A stretch of DNA of 64,000 bases from Octopus vulgaris (GCA_951406725.2 OX597814.1:145700001-145764000); one strand, 5' to 3'; shown: positions 14,122 to 28,572, numbered from the stretch's first letter. Notes: generated by a model from the sequence alone, not told the origin. Program-made: numbers and translations.

Positions 14122-14290
14122 GACGGTGGACTGTGCCAAAACAGTTACAGCGCCGGGCAAAATGCTTAACACATTTCATCGATTACCGCGTTCGAAGTTC
14201 AAATTCCACCAAGGTTGACTTTACCTTTCACCCTTTGAGATCGATAAAATAAGTAACTCTCCAGCAATGAGGGGGGAGTGTAATCTCTAT
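14122..14290 (+). mobile_element. SINE family C, diverged
   Basis: gttcaaattccaccaaggttgactttacctttcaccctttgagatcgataaaataagta core. Confidence 0.65.
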
Positions 14291-15920
14291 CAACTGACCT
14301 CTATAGACACATGCAACTATATTCATTTCCCTGACAAATATATACTTATTGAACGTATACACAAGAAGTATATTTTTAGATCCATATTTTATCTTAATTC
14401 ATAATACACTACAGACACCTACCTTGAATGTTGATTCTCATTCCGCCAACCGATATGGAGTATCAGTACGGTACTAAATCCTCAGCTGAATAAATATTTT
14501 GTCTGAGAGATTATATGTCTCATAGATAAACATTAAATGAATATATCTTTTGAAAAAAAATTCTATTTGATATACTACTAAGTATCGACGGCATCGATTG
14601 ATACCATGCAAATATCGGTCAAATTTCTGTATATTCAGCACTGCCATCTTACAAAAGAATAGGACACATTGGTTTAATATATGTTGATATACCTAATCAG
14701 AGAAGAAAAGATAGTATAGTTATGGTTGTAATGTATGATTACATGGCTGTTCGATAACAGTTCATAAGCTTTACAACAAGAGCAACAGCATCAGGAAATG
14801 AATTCTAGGACGGGAGAACCATTGTGATTAATTGATGATCAGTTTAATAACTGATTTCGACTTCATTCTCAAATTTTTGAAGAAATACATCTGCAGAAAA
14901 TAATGTGCATCAGGCAACTTTTACACCATAACTATACATTTTCTGCAATACAAAATTATAATTCTCAGCTGGTTATTCAAAATTTTATGAAGATTCCTGA
15001 ATAATGCAAATATGTCTGCGTTTACTACAGTGACATACACAAACGGAAAAAAAAAAAAAACGCTTTCATGTAACTAGTAAAAGCTGTACAGATAATTTTA
15101 TTCTCTTATTCGAATTTAAATATAAATTTAGATTTCATGACATTATAATTTCATTCACATTATCTAACGCATATTTGATCCCCAGTGCGTACATATTCAG
15201 TTTTCTCTGTCAAGATTCGAGAACTTGCTTGAAATATATGTTGAACTATTCTCGAGCGAAATGTCTAACAAACATATCAATATTCCATTCTTCTGTGTTT
15301 ATTTTAATTCCTGTTTTCATGACAAACATTTGTAACATGTACAAGTTTAATATTTACAAGAGAAAACCTAGCGCAGATATTTAAAATAAATAATTTACCA
15401 ATAACATATTATTTCAGCCAATTACTTTTGGATTTAGTGAGCTATATAACTGATGCTTCAGCACAACACTGGTTGTGGTAAATTATATATCATGTGGTAG
15501 ACATATTAATCGCCTAACATATGGATTTCGGCTAGATCTTTTGAACGTCAGTGCAGTGATGTAGATAGACGATTAGCAACAAATAGCATCATTACCTGAT
15601 ATGGAATCTAATATTTAAAAAGTAAGAACAATGCGTAGTTTTAGATACTTATAAAGGTGAGATTGTCACTCTGGAGTGCATTTGTTTTTAACTCTAACTC
15701 ATTAGGCTTGGCTTGCACGTACGCACTACACTTTGATCTTAGTTAAACAGTGAATTTATTGTGATTGATGTGCGAGGTCAAAACCGATGCAGTAAACATT
15801 AAACACAAACACTTTACGATTTTTTACCATTTGAAAGGAGGAAATTGAGCATACTCCACTTAGCTCAATTACGGCAAAATTATAATGCATTTTATAAGTG
15901 ATAATAAATCTCATAAAAAA

Positions 15921-16135
15921 GTGGCGTGCTCGCAGAATCGTTGCTGCACGGGAAAAATGTTTATCGGCATTTCTTCCATTTTTACGTTCCGAGTTGTAAG
16001 ATCACCCGAGTCGACTTTACCTTTCATCTTTTCGGGGCCAATAAAATTAGTACCAGCTGAACTCTGAGGTCAATGATATTCGACTTACCTGCCCCCGAGA
16101 TTGCTGATCTTGCGCCAAAATTTGAAACCAGTATG
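15921..16135 (+). mobile_element. SINE family C, diverged
   Basis: Head ggcgtgctcgcagaatcgttg, core tcgactttacctttcatc, tail cttgcgccaaaatttgaaacc. Confidence 0.7.
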
Positions 16136-18719
16136 ATAATTCATAAATTACGAGGCGCGTCATGAATCTTATGTTGCGAGTCTCACAATTATATTGTTAT
16201 CGAGTTCATTTCAACTTCATGGTACCAATGTTTTCTACTGAAGCTTTGGGCCTACTCAGTTTTTGCGTGCGAAATTTGCAGGCAGAAAACTTCTAGTTTT
16301 GTCCATCATGTTGTTTTCACTTCGAGAATAATATATCCAAGTATATTTTGTTCAACATGTCCTTCTTTTTTCAGATAACATTGTGAGAAGTAAAAGAACT
16401 TAGACAATATTTCAACTAGTTCGAATGGCCGGATAGTGGCTGCCCCGTTGGATTGCAGTAATTTAGCCACTGAAAAACCTACCGGACACGGCATATTTGA
16501 ATCAAATGTACTCCACCTGTGACCACTTCTTGTTTATTTTCAAGCATGTAGCTACGGCAAATTAACCAATGTGAACTTAAAACGTAAATACCTGCCCGTA
16601 ATAAGGTCATACGAAAAAGTTTGACGAAACCATATCTATTTTGTGAGGAAAATGATGAAGGATGATTTTCAGAATATCTTTCAAGGACACCTCAAGCGTT
16701 TAGAAATACAGGGGGAAGCCGGTGGGGTGGTCAAAACTAGTGTTATAAAGTAAACTTTCTCATAATCATTCAAAAGTCATATGAAATTGTCTGACTGCGC
16801 AACAGTTTAAGTCTATCAACCATAAAAAGGACCCATGCAACCGGTTTCCGCGCAATTCACGTCTGCAAAACAACTATCATAAGAATTACAAACACCCGAG
16901 GCTTCGATAGAAAACTCAAGGGCATTAACTGGAAGCCATATCATAGACAGACGATCCTCTCAGCCACATATAAATGCCTACCCCGTTAAATTTATGAATT
17001 ATAAACACGAATACAATGTTTTAGAATTGTATTTATTATAACTGCTCATACTGAAACTTAGAGATGCTCAATTCCATCAACATGAATAGTAAAAATATTT
17101 TGTTTTTTAGTTTCAAATGCACAAAAATTGACAAACATTTGTCTCTTAAAATTTTGACAAATATTGACACTGATAAAATATTTAGCGATTTTATTGCCTA
17201 TTGTCATTTCTGCTATATTGTCTGATTTTTATAATCCTTAGAAATAATATAACCGAGTGAATATCTGAAAAAAGTTGCTATAAATATATTCATAGTTGTT
17301 TTTTTCCTGCACAGAAAATACGTATTTATATGTTTGACTACATATTTTAGTGAGCTGATACTTGCAGCCGCTTATGAATAATTTTTTGACAGTAAGCAAA
17401 CAACCGCTATGATATATTGACAGATGAAACTTAGGAATTGCAGTGCTTTTGTAAGACAATCAGTTTTTTCCAATATCCCTCCTACTGAGTTCTTATTCCT
17501 ATATAATAGAGTTCTGCATTGTGTTTGTTCATATTTTGTATTCTCTTTTAATATCATTGTTTATATTTATTCCCGTTTGTTATTAACAATTCACAAAACA
17601 AGCTCGACCAATAACAGAGGATAACAAAGGCGTATCTTGGAATTCTTTGTTATGGAAATAATTTTGTTAACAAGCACCTAACTACGTTTAAATAACGATG
17701 ACAACTACAAACGATGAAGATGAAATTTATCGATTGGCTCACAGTTTACAACCGGAGAATTATTTTAATTATTTTTCCATCTCGGCAAAATCAGGAACTT
17801 CAAATAATGAAATTCTGATCCATTCGTGAATTCTTTAGAATTTATTTCAGTTGAGATCTAGCAATAAGAAACGCTTTGGTGAGGAATATTCTACAGTAAA
17901 GTGAACTAGATCATTTTTGAAGTTTGTTCAGCGTAAATATTAAGTACATCTTTATCTCTTTTTCCTTCTTTCTCCACTCTCTCTTCCATTCTTCTTACTT
18001 TACTTTCTTTCTTTGTTTTCTTCTTTTCTCTCTTTCCTTTTTTTCCTTCACATTTTTTCCTTCTATTTTTCCTCTAACTCGTCCTGCTCTAAACCTCTCT
18101 AACATGCATAAATGTTACAAAGATAACCTATACAAATATTTTACAGTCTTCATCTTATGAAATTATACTTTAATAACTATCTTAGAAATGTATACCACAT
18201 AGTTTATATTGAAAACATTTTGTTTAAGCGGCATAAGTTGCTAGTATACATCATCACAATGCAAATATAATCGCACACAACATTTACAGCAAGAACATAA
18301 AAACACTCGAAAGAAGATATATGTATATGAATTAGGAAATAACACCCAGCCAATAGTTTAAATCGATTTGGGAAATATTTTAGTGACTATACATCTTTCC
18401 AAGGAATACATTCATATGTATTCTGCAATTAATTTCAATCAGTTACCTTGGAAATTGTCCAAGACCACTCTAACTTTTAACATTGTTCTACTCCCAATGC
18501 ATTTGATATTCACATGTATGTATGTCTTCTCTCACCCTCGCACTCCCACTCTCTCTCGCCGCCCTCTTTCTCTCACCTGATTTATGCATAAATTCGTATG
18601 CATGTATGTATGCATTATATGTATATTCTTTTCTTCTTTTATACATTTCAGCATCAACGTTGTCGCCATGCTGGAGTACTGCCAGTGTAATCACCTATTC
18701 AATGGCCCAATCTAATGTA

Positions 18720-19110
18720 ACTGGTTTTAGGGAAGGAAGGAGTTCGATACTTCTGCCCTCATTTATTTTTCCTGTCTTGATATAGGTTCATCTGAGACCT
18801 TGGGTAGCAGGATATCAAGGTGTTTCTTGACAACATCTACCCCTAGTACATGATAATCTCTCAAATATTTTGGCAAGGCGTTACATATCAGTGGGCCCTA
18901 GAATTTCAAGCAATTGCAGTATATGTTCCTCACTCTACACGAGATAGCTGGTACCTTTGGAACAGTGCAATGTCGTCCAGTTCCGGGGCTGGTACAACTC
19001 TCGATACCTGCGTTAGGTGCCTGCCCCTCCAGGATCTTCTATATATATCATTGCATACCTCTCCCGTATCTGTTCCTGGAAGTACAATATCAGCTCTTTC
19101 AATACCAGGC
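18720..19110 (-). mobile_element. CR1-group LINE 3' fragment
   Basis: Minus strand KILEGQAPNAGIES...TGRHCTVPKVP...GPLICNALPKYLRD...KKHLDILLPKVSDEP resembles a CR1 ORF2 C-terminus. Confidence 0.75.
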
Positions 19111-19244
19111 TTTAAAATATGTACAAGGTTTGATTTGTTCGACTAAAATCTTCAAGGTCGTGGCCCACATGGTCGCAATATAATGGCTGAAGCAAGTAAG
19201 AAAATAAAATGACAAGAAACGATAAAAACTATATGTATTTGTGC

Positions 19245-19420
19245 CTGACAACCGGTGTTAGTTTGCTTGCGCCGCCGTTATCCAACAGTTCAACAAAGGT
19301 ACCCAGAGAATGAGTAGCTGACTTCAAAAGCAAGTATTAGGCTCAATTTGTTCGACTTAACTTATCGAAGTCGTTCCCCAGCTTGGCAACAGTTCAATGA
19401 TTGATACAAGTAAAAAGTAA
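19245..19420 (+). mobile_element. SINE family A 3' half, diverged
   Basis: gacaaccggtgttagtttg...ttgttcgact...aatgattgatacaagtaaaaag resembles 28385-28560. Confidence 0.6.
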
Positions 19421-19651
19421 AATATTCAGATACGTTGGGCCTTATATCGAAGCGTACAAATACTAGACAGATATAAACAAAAATGAAAACGAAGACGAGA
19501 GAGTTGTAATTCTTATTCCTCGTTTGTAGATTAGAACACAGAATGATACATGATGCGAAAATGAATATTAAAAAAATTAAATATCCAAACCTACATATAC
19601 TGTACGTAAAAATATGCGGACTAACTGCGGGAAATTCCTCCCACTACCTGG

Positions 19652-20025
<374 letters not shown>

Positions 20026-21603
20026 TAGAGTGAGGTATGAGTGTAACGTAGGAAGGGAAAATGAGACATTATATTTAGATGGACACTTACATTGCAAATG
20101 GCCACATTTCATTTATGTTGGTTAAAAGCTATCGATTTGTTATACACAGATCTCATATACTATTATATACACATGTTCATAATACATTTGTACATGCATA
20201 AATACATACATTCACGCACACACACACACACACACACGTACACACATATCAATTTATGCATATATATATCTAAATACAGGCACGTTCTACTTATTCGCAT
20301 TAATACAATTTTGAATGCGTTTTCGTTCTATCCAGCTCATATAATATAGTTATGTAGAGATGATGTATGTATGTGGAAATATTCATTTCCCAATATTACA
20401 TTGAGGAAACAAGCGAAATATTAGGTCAGCTATGTTAAAGGAAAAATGCTGTCAAAACTGACAATCACTGGCGCCATATATGAGTTAAAATGTGTTATGC
20501 AGATAAAAAGAAATTTCTTTAAACTTGATTTGGTATGTTTTTCCCAAAGTGCATTAGGTAACATTCTGTCTGCAATGATGCAATAGATAGTATTAAGATT
20601 TGTTGCTTTTTTAGCTTGCAATGTTTGTTGGGTTTTTTTTTTTGTATTTTGTGCCTGCTTTTCTGCTGCTGTTTTAATGGATATTTAGAATATCTATATG
20701 AAGCATTTTTTTTTCATGAGTAGATATGTCATAACATGCTACAAACCAAAATAGGTAAATTCGTTTTGGAAAAATATTTTGTGCACTAGTGCATGATTTG
20801 CTGGGATTCATCTAAATGTCTATGACTATTTGCGTAAGTAGCAGAATTTATATCTAGTAGTATTTTCTGCTAATATTTTTCGTTTTTGTTAGTTTTAAAA
20901 ATCTAGCTATATTTATTCCTGGTTTATGTCAAAATACCTATAATGAATTAATGTGTCATTGCAAGAGGTCAGTTGTATAGTTTATATTTATTCTATCACG
21001 CTACTATGAATAAATATTTTCAATTGAATAGTTTCGTATAATTAAGGTTACTTTACCTTAAATAATTTGATACATTGGAGACTGAAAGCCTTAGATTTCC
21101 TTCCAAAATGAAATTTCCATTGGTTTTCTGTGAATCGTCGGAGATAATTGGAAATGACTTATATAAAGCATAACCGGACCAGTTGGGATATGTATCCAAT
21201 TTGCTATGAGAAGCAAAATGGTTTTTTGTATACTATTCATTCCAAAAGAGACAACATGTGAATTAATGTCTATTTTTTAAAATCTTGTAATCTGTGTAAT
21301 TCTTGTTTATCTTTGCGTATACGTATCACGATTCTGATAGGGGCATCCAGCTAACCTTGGAGTGAAACTCCGAAGGAAACTAGAGATTTGAAGCTATAGT
21401 CAACACCACATCGTGCAGCTTTCAAAGGTTACATACAGCAACATTAAAATGATTAATTTTATTGAATACATATCTATGAATAAATAATAAACCTCATGTA
21501 GATCCATGAATGCAAGTTGGAAAACTGGGTTTTTTTGGAAGATTAAAATTTGATTAATTCACAGCTCTATGAATTTTATATCTATCTCTTATTTTATTTA
21601 CAG

Positions 21604-21732
21604 GAAGAATTATCATGTAAACACAATATTTCATGTGTTAGATTCAAAATAAATCCATGAAAACTTATGACTGTTCGATTATGTGGTTTACTTCGAATTT
21701 TCTTGATCCATTCCTCTTGCGCGGATCCTCCA
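21604..21732 (+). other. Possible exon; ATG at 21667 would encode a signal-peptide-like MTVRLCGLLRIFLIHSSCADPP
   Basis: Pyrimidine-rich acceptor tctatctcttattttatttacAG at 21603 and donor-like CA|GTAAGA after 21732, in repeat-poor sequence. No homology recognised. Confidence 0.2.
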
Positions 21733-22615
21733 GTAAGAATCTTCTGTTAGAGCAGATTAAACAAGCAGTACTCTGTTAAAGTTTTGGTAAGACAATCGAC
21801 AGAATATAAACCTATAAATTAAGCAATAAACTCACATAAACATTGGTGAATAGATAGTCAAGAAAAAACATTTTTATGTGGTGTGCAATAACAATCATTT
21901 TTCACTGGAGGAAAAATGTCAAGATATGAAAAAAAATTCATGTACATCCTACATAGATTGTCTATTAATAACAAAAATCATATAAATAATCGCATCAGCT
22001 AGTGGTTTAGTAATACTTGCAAAAACTAGTAAATAGAAGAATCATGACTATTTTTATGTCAACATAAAAAGAAGGGTATAATTTCCAGTTCCTTTACAGT
22101 TGCATTAATCCTTTGTGCATAGTTAACCAAAGTGCATCAACGCTGCCGCTCAGTCTCTAAAAATATCAACGAAATATCTCTTATGCCTACAGTTTTAGAA
22201 TGTAGGCATATATTGGATGGTGTAATAATAGATTTAAAGATTAAAGGAGAAACCGTTAGCTGCATGCATCCATCTTTATTACCGAAGAAACACTGGTCAC
22301 ACTTATCGTTCCCGAACTTAAAACAATTTCCATCAACGTAGACTGGAGTAACTTGAAGTAAATCGTTTTGCCTTAGGGCAAAATGTATATTGTGATTAAA
22401 AAGTCGGAGTCACCATCTCATGATCGAGATCCTACTTCATAACCACTAAGCCACAGACATTCTCAAACCTAAATATACTACATCTATTTCAAAAAGAAAT
22501 TAATTATGGCAAAGTATATGGAAATAAAGAGGTAAAGTGTCAGTCATATCAGGACTGCCCTGAATTTCAAACATCACGTGTAATTATGGCTATCAGTTAT
22601 TATAAAATACATTAA

Positions 22616-23335
22616 GGCGGCGAGCTGACAGTCTCCGCACGCCGGACAAAATACATAGCGGTATGTCGCTCAACTTAGGGCGGCGAGCTGGCAGAAACGT
22701 TAGCACACCGGGTGAAATGTTCAGCAGTATTTCGTCTGTCGTTACGTTCAGAGTTCAAATTCCGCTGAGGTCGACTTTGCCTTTTCTCCTTTCGGAGTCG
22801 ATTAAATAAGTACCAGTTACGCACTGGGGTCGATATAATCGACTTAATCCTTTTGTCTGTCCTTGTTTGTCTCTTCTGTGTTTAGCCCCTTGTGGGTAGT
22901 AAAGAAATAGGCATTTCGCTTGTCTTTACGTTCTGAGTTCAAATTCCGCCGAGATCGACTTTACCTTTCATCCTTTAAGGCGGCGAGCTGGCAAAAACGC
23001 TAGCACGCCGGCCGAAATGCTTATCGGTATTTCGTCTGCCGTTACGTTCTGAGTTCAAATTCCGCCGAGGTTGACTTTGCCTTTCATCCTTTCGGAGCCG
23101 ATAAATTAAGTACCAGTTACGCACTGCGGTCGATATAATCGACTTAATCCGTTTGTCTGTCTTTGTTTGTCCTCTCTGTGTTTAGTAAAGAAATAGGTGT
23201 TTCGCTCATACCTATTGGTCTGTCATCTTTTCGGAGTTGATAAAATATGTACAGCTCAGCACTGGAGTTTATGTAATCCACTTATTCTCTCACACAAAAT
23301 TACTGGCCTTGTGCCAAAATTTGAAACTGTTATAT
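22616..23335 (+). mobile_element. Nested cluster of three SINE family C copies
   Basis: Three heads ggcggcgagctg at ~22617, ~22679 and ~22979. The outer copy resumes at ~22910 and ~23220 after each inner copy. Confidence 0.85.
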
Positions 23336-23802
23336 TGTACATTACATGGTGCTTTGTGAGATATACTATATTTCAATAAAAATTGAGATGTTTACGTTTG
23401 TGGCGAATTGTTTTGTATGCTTGACCAGGGTTCTCTCTGAGATGTAAAACAACAACAATTTAGAAATTTAGCAAAATAGGAACTAATTCAATATCTCCAT
23501 TAAAAATAAGGATTTTTGTTTCTAAACCACTTTTAGAACGGTAGGAGATGGGAGGTGTATATATATATATATATATAGGTTTTCTTTAATGGAAGTAAAT
23601 TTTATCTCAGATGCTGACATAATGGGTGATATTTGCTTGTGCGTGTGTATGTATGTGTGCGTGCGATACACACACACGCACGCACACACGCGCATACACG
23701 CACACATATAGACACAATATAATCTATCGTTATCCTAAGTTTAGGATAATGTAAATTTTAAACACCTGGTACTTTATACATGAAATCGTCTTTAGTAATC
23801 TA

Positions 23803-23850
<48 letters not shown>

Positions 23851-24246
23851 ATATATATCTTTATATGTGTGTGTATTTATGTATTTAATTATACATATAT
23901 ATACACATAAATTGTGTGTGTGTACATACGTGTGCATCAGGGATATGCATGAATACGAGTGCAAAAATTTGTGAAATGAAATAACCTAAACGGAGAAATT
24001 ATTCTACCTTTCAACAAATAAAAGTGGAAACTCTTCGATTCTGTGGAGAAGCGGGAAAGATTTGCAGTATTTCCTGAAGCACCTTTACGTTCAAATCCTG
24101 CAGAGGTAAATTTCATTTTCCTAAGTAAAAAAACAGCAACTCGATTATTAGAATTTATATTATTCCACTATTCTTCCCGTACAGATTTTATATCTTTGCG
24201 AATCAGTAAGGAAGGTATTTTTAATAGGTGCTTTAGAGAAATTGTG

Positions 24247-24390
24247 GAGGCGCGTGGCTTAGTGGTTAGGATGTCAGCACCATGATCATAAGATTGTGGT
24301 TTAGATTCCTGGACCGAGCGACGCGTTGTGTTGAGCAAAAGCACTTCGTTTCACGTTGGTCCTGTCCACTCAGCTGAGTACAAGTAGCAG
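24247..24390 (+). mobile_element. tRNA-derived SINE family B, 5' part
   Basis: A-box tggcttagtgg, B-box-like ggtttagattcc, core ttgtgttgagcaaaagcact...cactcagctg. Confidence 0.75.
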
Positions 24391-26663
24391 AGAACACATT
24401 CCATTTTGTTATACCTAAGTGAACCTAAGCTTCGGATAGACTTCTTAGCTCAAACATTATTAGTTTCCGGTCCTCTATTCATTTCTTTAAGTTCTACATT
24501 TGATTTTTCTCACAAAAAATGGGACGATGCAGCCGCAAGCTATACGAATTATATGACCATCATTTCCATGAGGCATATATATCTGGTTATCAATACTATG
24601 CTACAATCCCTTCCAACATACGTGATATTTCTTACATTGGTCTCTTATATCTTATCTATTACGGCCTCCGCTTTTTTAAACTAATTGCTGCCTATTCTTC
24701 TATTCAAACGAAAATCACACCCCCCCCTCATTTTCTTTCTTCAATTATTTTAAATTTTGCCTCCTTCAGTTTGCTCAATCATTTCTCACCAGAATTGTTG
24801 TGGCCTTTTCATTGTTGATCGCTTTCCCATCTGTTTTGGCAAACTTCGATCTACAGCTAGTCATGGTGAATACTTACGCCAACGAATTATCCGTTCTCGC
24901 TTAGCATGTTAGCGAATGTGACTAGTAAAGACAAAGACCATTGAACGAACATATTTTTGTCTGCTGAAATGAAGACCACGTAATGTAATTCACAGATAAT
25001 TCTCTCACTTTAAATTCCATTGGGAAATTAGTAAACAAATTGTCATTTAATACTCTGTGTTTGGCCAGGCCTTTGCTAGGAAGAAAAATTTGTATGTTTT
25101 CTAGTAATGTAAGGTAAAATTTCATGCCTTAGTGACTGAACAGATAAAAAGCAGCAACTCATGCACGTTTCGTCATGAATGAAATTCAACTGATAGAGAA
25201 TTTATACATAAATTTAGGAATTAAATTCTGAACTGGAGAAACTAATCAATGTATATTCTGCGATGTCATGATGACATGATTATATGATTAATTGGAAAGA
25301 TTAGCATCAGTGTTTGCCATAAACTACACCACGCTTGGTTCTGCTACTCAATATGCATGCAATTATATCTGGCAGCAAATAATAGAACCGTGCATAAATA
25401 TAGAGACGTGAATATAGAAAATACTGACTTACATTCGTTTCTGAAATTCGTTGGGCATTTTATATTTCAGTGCACTTTGTTAGTTTTGTCTTAGATATTT
25501 TAACATCGATTCTCTTTCGTTTAACTAATTACAAGAAAACTGAAGCTGTTTTGAAGTTAGATTAATTTCCGCCTCGTTATGATAACATATCTTCTTTAAA
25601 TTGTGAAGTATCAACACAATCATTAATTATAAGAGCGATATATTTTACGTTTTGACATTTAACACTGAGATGGCTTGCAAATGTTCAAGAGTTTATCTAC
25701 TGTTTTACTAGATCTCATCATCAATCTAAATTAATATTTCATATATGACAGGAAGGTATCTTTCCAGAACGCATCCTCCGTAATTAATTATTTAATTAGA
25801 AATATTTCCCTTAAATTATAAATTTAATTACTCTAAAAGATTTTTTTGTATATCGATATCATTAGCAGACATTCATATAGAAATCATGATACACTTTAAT
25901 GAAATTAGATACTTGACTATAAACTTACTAAAAATATGTATATAAATCATATGTCCTGAAATCTTAAGGATCTTTCAAACTGACAAATCAGTTATAATGG
26001 ATATTACATTATTTCAAACCAATACGGGATTTGCAGCTTTAATCCTGTTCTACGAAACAAAAATTTGGACTAGGTTGCTTTGTAGAAACGGAAAATTTCT
26101 CTAGTTAGACAGGTGACTGTGACACTCGAATACATTCTTTATACAGTTTTTGTGCTGCCGCTTTAGTTGAAACTTTCAATATCGTAAAAAAACAAATGAC
26201 TCATTAGTGTAATCTTTCTTTAATGGTCGCTTCAATATATTATACACACAGATGCCTGATAAAAGTATGCAAGGTTATCAACTACATGATTACATTACGC
26301 AAAAATTATACATATACTCTATTCAGTTGCGATATAGGCTTTAAAACTAAAAGTACGGTTATGGTATATAAAAATGAAAATGCTCCAAATTTACTTTCAG
26401 ACACATTAAGCTTAAATAATTATTCGTCACTATCATCATGTGCAATGTGTGACTGTTGTGTGTTTTCGTTAAGGCAGCAGGGGAAACTTTACATCTGGTA
26501 CTCTACGAAGTATTATAGTAAATCTCGATAGCAACCATATACATTCTCAAACACACTTAAACATCCACACTTACACACCCACGCATCCACAATCACAGTC
26601 TCTCTCTCTCTCTTTCCCACTCTCTCTCTCTCTCTCTCTCGCTATATATATATTTTAAGTTAT

Positions 26664-27772
26664 GTATACAGATTTTCTATCGAAATTAGAGCCAGCCCAT
26701 AAATTTAAGACGTTTTATATCCCAATACACCTATGTCAGCAATGCGATCGAAGGCCAAAATAAATGTTTATTGGGTGTGTATGCAAATTTCAGGAGCTAC
26801 CGCTCCTTCTTCTGCACCACATCCAACCCATTAACCATCCACGAACACATTACTTAATTACTCACTAAATTTAGCGCAAATGTATAAACCAATTTTACAT
26901 AGTAATTAATTAACTGCCAATTTTTGTTATTCATTCTTTTTGGCTTTTCCATGTATCTTAGGAGTAAAAATAATATATAGTATTTATATTTTCTTCATAT
27001 TGGAATTATTTTGGAAATTATGATTTTTCGAAAACTCCCAAATGAGGGCTCGCTTAATAAAAGCATATTTATCCTTTTTCCATTCCCATTCAATTTCAAT
27101 AATAAACATTGTATTTATTTTTTTTAAACTATAGTATGAAATGGGTATGTGTATGAAATATCAATGTATGATAGAGATGGGAAATGCAAAACAATAACAA
27201 AAAAAAACTTTCCAAAACTATCAATGTTTTTGGAGTTCAAAACTTCCGCTTTCTGACATAAAATGTCCCCTATAATTAACCAGAACTAATAATGACAAAC
27301 TTTAACTACAAAATATTTTTAAACACACCTCTGCAAATGCAATATACATAAGAAATTCCCTTTAAATACACCGAACAATCAGCAGTGAAACTGCTTTTAG
27401 CAGATCCCCAAATGGGGCTCCTGGGAGGCAACTGATACGTACATATTCATTGCTGGTGAGGACACCATATTTCGTTTTGGAACCATGATATGCACCCAAG
27501 TATATTACAGGGTTGAAAGTAAATACTAAGCAATATCTATGTTAGCAGTGCGGTTCAATCATTTTTGAAATTTATCTGTACAGATTTTCTAAGAGCCAAC
27601 ATTGAAAGTTACGGCGCGTCGTGTACGAATTCGTCTGTATAATCAAAGCAATTGAAGAGTTAAGTAATTGATATATGTGCATAATTCAGGCGTTATCGTT
27701 CCTTCCTCAGCAACATATCCAACCCATTAACCTTCCATGCGCACATTACTTAAATAACCACTAAATTTGGCG
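26664..27772 (+). repeat. Diverged ~200-bp direct duplication (26664-26878 / 27578-27772)
   Basis: Shared blocks acagattttcta..agagcca and atccaacccattaacc.tcca.g..cacattactta...cactaaattt.gcg. Confidence 0.7.
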
Positions 27773-27843
27773 GTGTACCACAATTTGATACACTGATTTT
27801 GCATTTTAAATGTATTTCCGGCAACTTTTATATGCATATAAAC

Positions 27844-28109
27844 TGCTGGTAGGGACGCCGTATTTCGTCTCGCAACTATGATATACTACCAATTTTTCTA
27901 TCATCGCTCTCATATTTTACATTGACGTATTCCTTTAGGAAAGTTCGTAACTTTCAGTGATGGCTCTAATCTCAATAGAAAATATCTAGAAAAAACTTTA
28001 AAAGTATAGAATCGCACTTCCAATAGAGTTAGGTCACTGTATTGATATATAAGCCTTTAATATACTTTTATATATGGTTTCAGAACGAAATACGGCGTCC
28101 CCACTAGCA
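27844..28109. mobile_element. MITE-like segment bounded by 25-bp inverted repeats
   Basis: tgctggtagggacgccgtatttcgt (27844-27868) versus acgaaatacggcgtccccactagca (28085-28109), 23/25 match. A third, direct copy starts at 27451. Confidence 0.6.
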
Positions 28110-28153
28110 TTTAGCCATTAGCCTATGTATGCATGCATGTATGTATGCATATA

Positions 28154-28560
28154 GGCGCAGGAGTGGCTGTGTGGTAAGTAGCTTGCTAACCAACCACATG
28201 GTTCCGGGTTCAGTCTCACTGCGTGGCATCTTGGGCTAGTGTCTTCTGCTATAGCCCCGGGCCGACCAATGCCTTGTGAGTGGATATGGTAGACGGAAAC
28301 TGAAAAGAAGCCCGTCGTATATATGTATATATATATATGTATGTGTGTGTTTGTGTGTCTGTGTTTGTACCCCTAGCATTGCTTGACAACCGATGCTGGT
28401 GTGTTTACATCCCCGTCACTTAGCGGTTCGGCAAAAGAGACCGATAGAATAAGTACTGGGCTTACAAAGAAAAAATCCCGAAGTCGATTTGCTCGACTAA
28501 AAGGTGGTGCTCCAGCATGGCCGCAGTCAAATGACTGAAACAAGTAAAAGAGTAAAAGAG
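28154..28560 (+). mobile_element. SINE family A, full length, with internal microsatellite
   Basis: tRNA-like head (gtggctgtgtggtaag...gggttcagtctc), internal (TA)/(TG) tract, tail aagtaaaagagtaaaagag. Multiple copies in the window. Confidence 0.88.
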
Positions 28561-28572
28561 TATATATATGTG

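Noticed and set aside
22616-23335. Repeated units resembling a CRISPR-like or regular array
   Set aside because: Units are long, irregular SINE copies with no constant repeat-spacer period, no cas genes and a eukaryotic context.
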